Source: Eledone cirrhosa
Taxonomy: Eukaryota
Assembly: GCA_964016885.1 (NCBI GenBank)
Contig: OZ024745.1
Location: forward strand, 58,218,001-58,282,000
DNA length: 64,000 nucleotides
Reading direction: 5' to 3'
The translations under genes were made by a program, and so were the position numbers. The notes beneath the pieces were generated by a model. It saw only the letters and a program-made list of their open reading frames with translations, was not told the origin of the DNA and searched no databases. Below are positions 58,033 through 64,000 of the stretch, in pieces. Within the stretch, counting starts at the first letter, position 1. Each line of letters opens with the position of its first letter.

Positions 58033-58834
58033 AAATAGAGCGAAGGAGCATGCGTGAGAGAGGGTGAGATGAAGACTATCTAATATGATTTCTTAATAAT
58101 TGAACTCATGAGTAAATTGTGTCTGCTAATGTAGTTTCTACGAACTAATGTTTTCCTTTCCTTTTCTTTTTTATTCATTAAAGCGAAGAGATTATAACCT
58201 TAGTAAAATTTATAATCCATTTCTTAATTTCTTTTCTTTTTTTTCCTCAAATCTTCGTTCCATTTGTTTTATCTAAGTAGAGATGTGATTAATTGTAACA
58301 ATATTTATTTCTTTTATAAAATCCTGTTTTATATAATCTTCTTTTTAAGTGAACTATTTTTCTTTTCGAAATTACTATTCATTTCATTATTTTGTGTAGC
58401 ACCATGAAATTTGAAGAAAAGACAATAATAAATTTTTACCTATTTGGTTTTATGAGACGTTATTCAGAGCGACAAACAATAGAGTTATGAGTTACTTCAC
58501 GTATTTTTTCTGCTTGCAAGGGTTTGACGAAACCCGGATTTTGTCCCAATTTTATAAGCTTTATGCGATTAAGAATTCAAGAATCCAACGAGACAAAATG
58601 ATAGTTCGTCACAGGGTTAACTCAGAGTTGCCACAGGTATCATTTTTCAGCCTACTGAACTACAGGAAAGTGAAACGAAATACTTTATCCGAGGGTACAA
58701 TGCATCACCTGGAATGAGAATCGAACCTAAACATGTAGATCAACATCCCAACTGCTAAGTGATGCGCCTTCACAAGTAACAAGTGTAAGTTCTCAAAATT
58801 ACCAGTCATGAATCACACTCTAGTAGAATATAAT

Positions 58835-59049
58835 GGTTTTTTATATAGGCACAAGGCCAACAATTTGGGGGAAGGGGAAATTCGATTAAATCGACCCCAG
58901 TGCATGACTGCTACTTTATTTTATCGACCCCGTAAGGATGAAAGGCAAAGTTAACCTCGGTGGGATTTGAACTCCGATCAAAAGAGCCGTAACTCTATGC
59001 TGCAAAGCATGGCGTCGGACCCTCTACAGATACAGCCAATCCACCGCCC
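58835..59049 (-). mobile_element. SINE family A, longer subfamily
   Basis: Match to 23168-23385. Confidence 0.88.
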
Positions 59050-59609
59050 TACTCTAGTAGAATTTCCTGTAGAATAAAATGAATAGATTAGATAAGCATT
59101 AAGTAATATGATGATTAATTCTTTGCAATAATTCTACGTGGTAGTGTTAAAATTAATAGAAATTTCCGCAACCAATAGGATCATGTAACAAAGAGTATGA
59201 GATTAATTAATTGTTGCAGCCAGGAAGAATAATTATACTTCAGTACAGAAATTAAAGAAGTAGAAGAGATTAATGTTGGTCATTGAATGCAATACTCTTA
59301 TTGAAAATCTCTTTAAGGTAACGACCGGCTTGAAATAGCAGCGACATCTACATAAAAGTATATCCTACATTATCAAATAATGGATAAATTAAATACTGTA
59401 GTCATAGATACATGAAAAAAAATGGGATGATCAAAGCTAGAATGATTTTGATTAAAGGCGTGCTCAACCAGGACCAACAACGAGAACAGCAACTCTCAAA
59501 CTCTTACATTAGGAAAGCTTCCAAAGCTTTTGAGAGGATTGACCACTGCTATATGGAAGCTGTTCTAATAGCAACCGGTTTCAGCCACATTTTCCAAAGC
59601 TAGGTCCCC

Positions 59610-60195
59610 ACAATATACAGCGACATCTATTCGGTTGTCGAAGAAATACAATGCGCACTTTCTATATAGAGTTAGTAGTCGAAATGAGCAACGATTGGCT
59701 AAAAACTACACAGGTTATCACTGAGGACAGTCTCTTCTGCATGACGTTAAGGTCGAGGATCATGGACAATTTCTAGAAATCCTTGGCTTGAAAGTGCTAC
59801 ACGAAAGCATTATCTGTTTGAGAAAATCCCTACAGATACGGACGTGCAAACGGCCAATCCTGGCCGTGATGCGCGCATGGTTACGAAATTGTCCTACACG
59901 CTATCGTTCAATATCTTTGAGTTGCTGAACTGTGGGTTTGTGCCGAACAGCTGTTAGCGAGTCTGAGTCGCATCCGTTTGTCAATCGAATTGATAGTGAA
60001 GATCGAACCTCCACCTTCCCCCGACAAGAAAGTGCAAGAAGTTTTCCTCTTCATCTGGTCATAGTAATGTATAATGCACACGAATGAAAGGTTTAAGAAC
60101 TGTTTTTTACTTTCTAACTGAGATGTCATCCACTTGAAGTGGACGGTTTGTTTGGGGGAGGTTCTGTCTTTTGAAGTGTTTCTGGAATGGTAAGT
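59610..60195 (+). promoter_or_regulatory. Candidate Pol II promoter and first exon ending ATG|GTAAGT
   Basis: Locally CpG/GC-enriched unique sequence. CCAAT boxes (gattggc ~59693, gccaatc ~59852), TGACGT ~59742 and a consensus donor at 60190. Confidence 0.3.
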
Positions 60196-61185
60196 GAGCG
60201 TGGCTAGATTGATGAGCCTAACTGGGCCTACTCTGACTATACATTTCTAAGACAGGAGAAAAGAAAACTGGGTGAGGGCATTTATATGTCTTTGTTGATA
60301 CAGTGTAATCCTGACTTTGGGCATTTTCACCTGGAGTATCCTGGGGTAGTCTTTCCGCTACAAGGGAAGGTTTCCTGATAGAAATTTAATTACGCCCCTT
60401 TTTTGTTTTGTTTTTTTGATTGATTGTATTATTTACTTTAGATATAGATAATCTTTCTAAGAATATAAACTAATTGAAGGAGACACGTGCTTTTTCTCTC
60501 TTGATAACCAATCTTTCCAGATGATGCGACTGAATTTCTGTGGAGGAGATGGGGATTGAACTTAATGCTCGGATAATAACCAATAGGACATTCACATTTG
60601 CAACTGTGCATCACCCCCCACCCCCACCCCACGCACACACACACACACGCGCGCGTTTGATACTTCCTCATTTAATTTAGCATATTTGGAGATCTTTTCA
60701 TGTCTTTTTCTCCAATAATATTATCTAAAGGGATTACAACATCTATTATTTGACATTCTCTTTTTCTTTTCATGTTACGTATAATGATATCTTCTGATCA
60801 ATTATTCTATGTCTGAATTCATTAGTTCGAGTTTTGCTGTTCTGCATTTCTGTGAAGGGATGAATAGCAAATTCGATTTATGGACGCAAAACACTAAGCA
60901 ACGACCTTGATACTGTAATGCATCGAAGATAACATCCCCATGTTATACATGCTGACTTTCAAACTAACGAGGTAGCATCTACATAGTCGCTTGATCTGCT
61001 AAAGTAACTGCAAAATCACACTCATATGGCATCGCTAGAGCCATAAATATAGAAAGGGCACATTAAATAATATAGATTGAGTTACTCCAAAATATGAGGA
61101 TCAGAATATCTTTGTTCCTAGATCTGCTCCAAGGACTAAAATAACATCATGCCAGCCTTACCACCCACATTATTATAAAATAAAT

Positions 61186-61340
61186 AGTTACGACCCTTTA
61201 CATTCTGAGTTCAAATCCTGTCGAGGTTAGCTTTGCCTTTCAACCTTACGAGGTAAATAAAATAAAGCAAAAGTAACGTACTGGGGTCGATTTAATCGAC
61301 TTTCCCTTCCCCCAAAATATTGTTGGTCATCTGCCTAAAG
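61186..61340 (+). mobile_element. SINE family A, diverged and 5'-truncated
   Basis: ctgagttcaaatcc..gaggttagctttgcctttc..ggggtcgatttaatcgac. Confidence 0.8.
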
Positions 61341-61449
61341 CACAGCGGAATTATATACTCATATAAGATTAATTATTTTATATCACCCGAAATTACAAAT
61401 TGAACAAGAGACTTGACGTTCCAGGAATAGTTATCAATAAAACCAAACA

Positions 61450-61612
61450 CAGACCTGCCAACCTCTAAAAACGCAAACGGAGAGAAATTGGGCAAAAGGG
61501 GGAGATTTTACATAATGAAAGATATACCCATTTTTACAAGAGAAGACATCTCTCCCCCACACCAAATCGGGTGGGAGATCACCCCGTCGGACGGAGAGAG
61601 TTGACAGGTCTA
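61450..61612. mobile_element. Putative MITE (hAT-like TIRs)
   Basis: agacctgccaac / gttgacaggtct inverted ends. The right end resembles 37495-37548. No clear TSD. Confidence 0.45.
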
Positions 61613-63350
61613 CACACAAATAAAAGATAACAGAATTGCCTTGATATCACTTAGTGCAACCATTTCATAACTGTGTCGTAATTTTGTATTCCTGTCTCAA
61701 ACCTATTTCAGTAAACGTTTAGTCAAAAGTGATCAAGTTGTGACCTTGTCATATTTTTCTTCAGACTTGCCTCAAATTTATAAGACTGTGAGCTATCATG
61801 TGACGGAGATTAGCTGCTATTTTGGATATGTCTAGGTACCATGTAGAAGCTCTCTTACTTGTGTATGCTGTCTTTGTTAGTATTTATTTTGTACTATTGT
61901 TGTTAGTATTTATTTTGTACTATTGACGTTCAATATTCTGTTCATTGATCTATTTAGTTTTTAACTATAGTTTCAATTCATTTTTTAAACCTCTGAAGTA
62001 ATTAATAAATAATTAACATATTTTTTTTCCATTAAGCGCAAGGCGAACATTTGTATAAGATAGAATTATTTAATAGAATCAACATTACCAGTATTTGTTT
62101 AATTGATCCCAGAGTAATGTATGTTTAAAGTTAGTATAGAGATGGGTTTGAACTTGGAACCTGACGCGATTCAAATAAATACTACCACTTAATCCAGTTT
62201 TCTACTTTGCAAGAACCCGTCACCGCCATTTAGTTGACTACTAATTAAATACATATTTGTTTAATGTAGAATATTACACAAATATCCTTGCTTGAACCTG
62301 ATCTAAGAAACTAAGCATATAATTTATCTGAGTATAATGATGTTATATGACAACAAACAACAGCAACAACGGCTACAATGACGTAGAAACATGAAGTCTA
62401 TATAATGACAAAACAATCGCGAAAAAAGTAGAATAACAGTTAACTAACGTAAAACTTGTGGACAGCTTAAACTAAGCTAAACTTTTACTGAAGAAACATT
62501 TAATGTGTGTGTGTGCATGTGTATATGCGTTTGGATATATGTGTCTGTGTCTGTGTGTATGCGTATGGGTATATGTGTGTATGCGTATGGGTATATACGT
62601 GTGTGTCTCTGTGTGTGCGTGTGTGCAAGACTAATAAAAACAACAAAACGAAAAGATAAAAACGTGCATCTGCGTCTCCCAGCTTAAGGAAAGCGAATAA
62701 AATGATTTAACATGTTTACAGAAACGCCCTTATTTTACCATTTATCAGCATACAGAGTTATTCTACTGTAAACGCATTCTTCGCAAAAATTCACAAGATT
62801 CGTAGTTTTGATTGGCTTAAATAAATCATAAATAGTAGAAGATATGATTAGTTAGGTTATCGTATTGACCTTACAAGTTTCCTAGTACACAGATTTTTCT
62901 GATACAATGATTGTCTTCCTTAGATTCAAACCTTTTTTTATATTTTTAGTTTTATTTCTATATTCTTTGGGGGTATATTTGTGTTGGCTATTTATTTTGT
63001 TCCAGCTGGGCTCCATTACCAAAGCGGTATAGCTCAATTAAATATGCTTCTCTATTACGCAAACTTTGAAAAGAAAATAGTACTGAAAACAATTGTATAA
63101 ATCTCTTCCAGTCTAATTGTTTGCTTTAGGTAAACTTTATACAGTTTTATTTCACCACAGATAGGAATTGTGTCTTGAGTGGGTGGAGGGATTTATATAT
63201 GTTTGGGTAGAAGGAAGCAGAGGAGAAAATCACTTTTCTTATATATGTGTTTGCTCTGCCTTAAAGGAGTTCATATTTTCATTTGTGTTGTATGTATATA
63301 TAGAGACACACACACATATATATATACTATATATATATATATACACACAC

Positions 63351-63456
<106 letters not shown>

Positions 63457-63458
63457 AT

Positions 63459-63492
<34 letters not shown>

Positions 63493-63510
63493 CATTATAT
63501 TATATTATAT

Positions 63511-64000
63511 CTTTAACTTAATTGTTTAAGCGTCAGTCATACAAAAGTGAGTTACAAATGAAACAAAATTTAATTTCGTTTCGTTATTTGTTTTTATCGT
63601 CTCCGTTGAACCGGTACTTACTCACACTCTATGCAAATTAGTATGCCCACTACTAATTTTCATAGAAAAAGCATATAACGATATGTGCTTTTACGATTCT
63701 CTAGAGAGGCCGGAAGATAGGTAAATATTGCTGATGAGTTGTAACAACAACGAAACTAGTTCAATATTCCTTGTCTGGCTTTCTGGAGAATAGAGGAAAG
63801 GTGTTTCCTCAAAAACCAGTATGACTCTAAAAACCGGTTTGTCTGTGTGTTTACATACAGAATAGCTGGCCACTCACAGTAAAGTGACCAGTGAAAAAAC
63901 TTGGTACATCTACATATGTATACGTGTGTGTATTCATATACATACTAGTATTTCAGTATACATATATGGATGTACATCTTTAACTTAATTGTTTAAGCGT
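63511..64000 (+). mobile_element. Family C complete 467-bp monomer with terminal redundancy (runs off the window)
   Basis: ctttaacttaattgtttaagcgt occurs at 63511 and again at 63978. 63667-63990 matches 27633-27957 with no difference seen by eye. Confidence 0.88.
63724..63768 (+). ncRNA. Minimal type-I hammerhead, family C
   Basis: Identical to 27690-27734. Confidence 0.85.

Overview
AT-rich, microsatellite-saturated metazoan DNA with no intact host protein-coding gene that I can recognise. The SINE repertoire and repeat texture suggest an octopus/cephalopod genome (inference). The window is a retroelement landscape: (i) about a dozen copies of a ~190-bp tRNA-derived SINE; (ii) four tandem 5'-truncated R4/Dong-clade RLE LINE copies in a (TAA)n tract at 52.5-57.4 kb; (iii) two L1/Tx1-like 3' fragments; (iv) three decayed coding Penelope-like elements (PLEs), one forming a ~4-kb fold-back; (v) many short non-coding elements inserted in (TA)n/(TG)n/(TAA)n tracts. 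Reading by eye I found about 14 type-I hammerhead ribozyme (HHR) motifs from roughly 9 sequence families, several with non-canonical cores (U3-A8 swap, U4A, A9G) or a ~100-nt stem II. Two homologous ORF-less ~440-470-nt HHR units show their 3' end running into their own 5' start, as expected for retrozyme-like circular or tandem RNA templates. Most of the multi-copy families share one insertion architecture: a head-to-head fold-back in which one arm has the full 3' tail and the other stops at a fixed internal TA-like site. A TGCAAATTAG (octamer-like) motif precedes the HHR in four families. All structures were derived by eye, with no database search or folding software.
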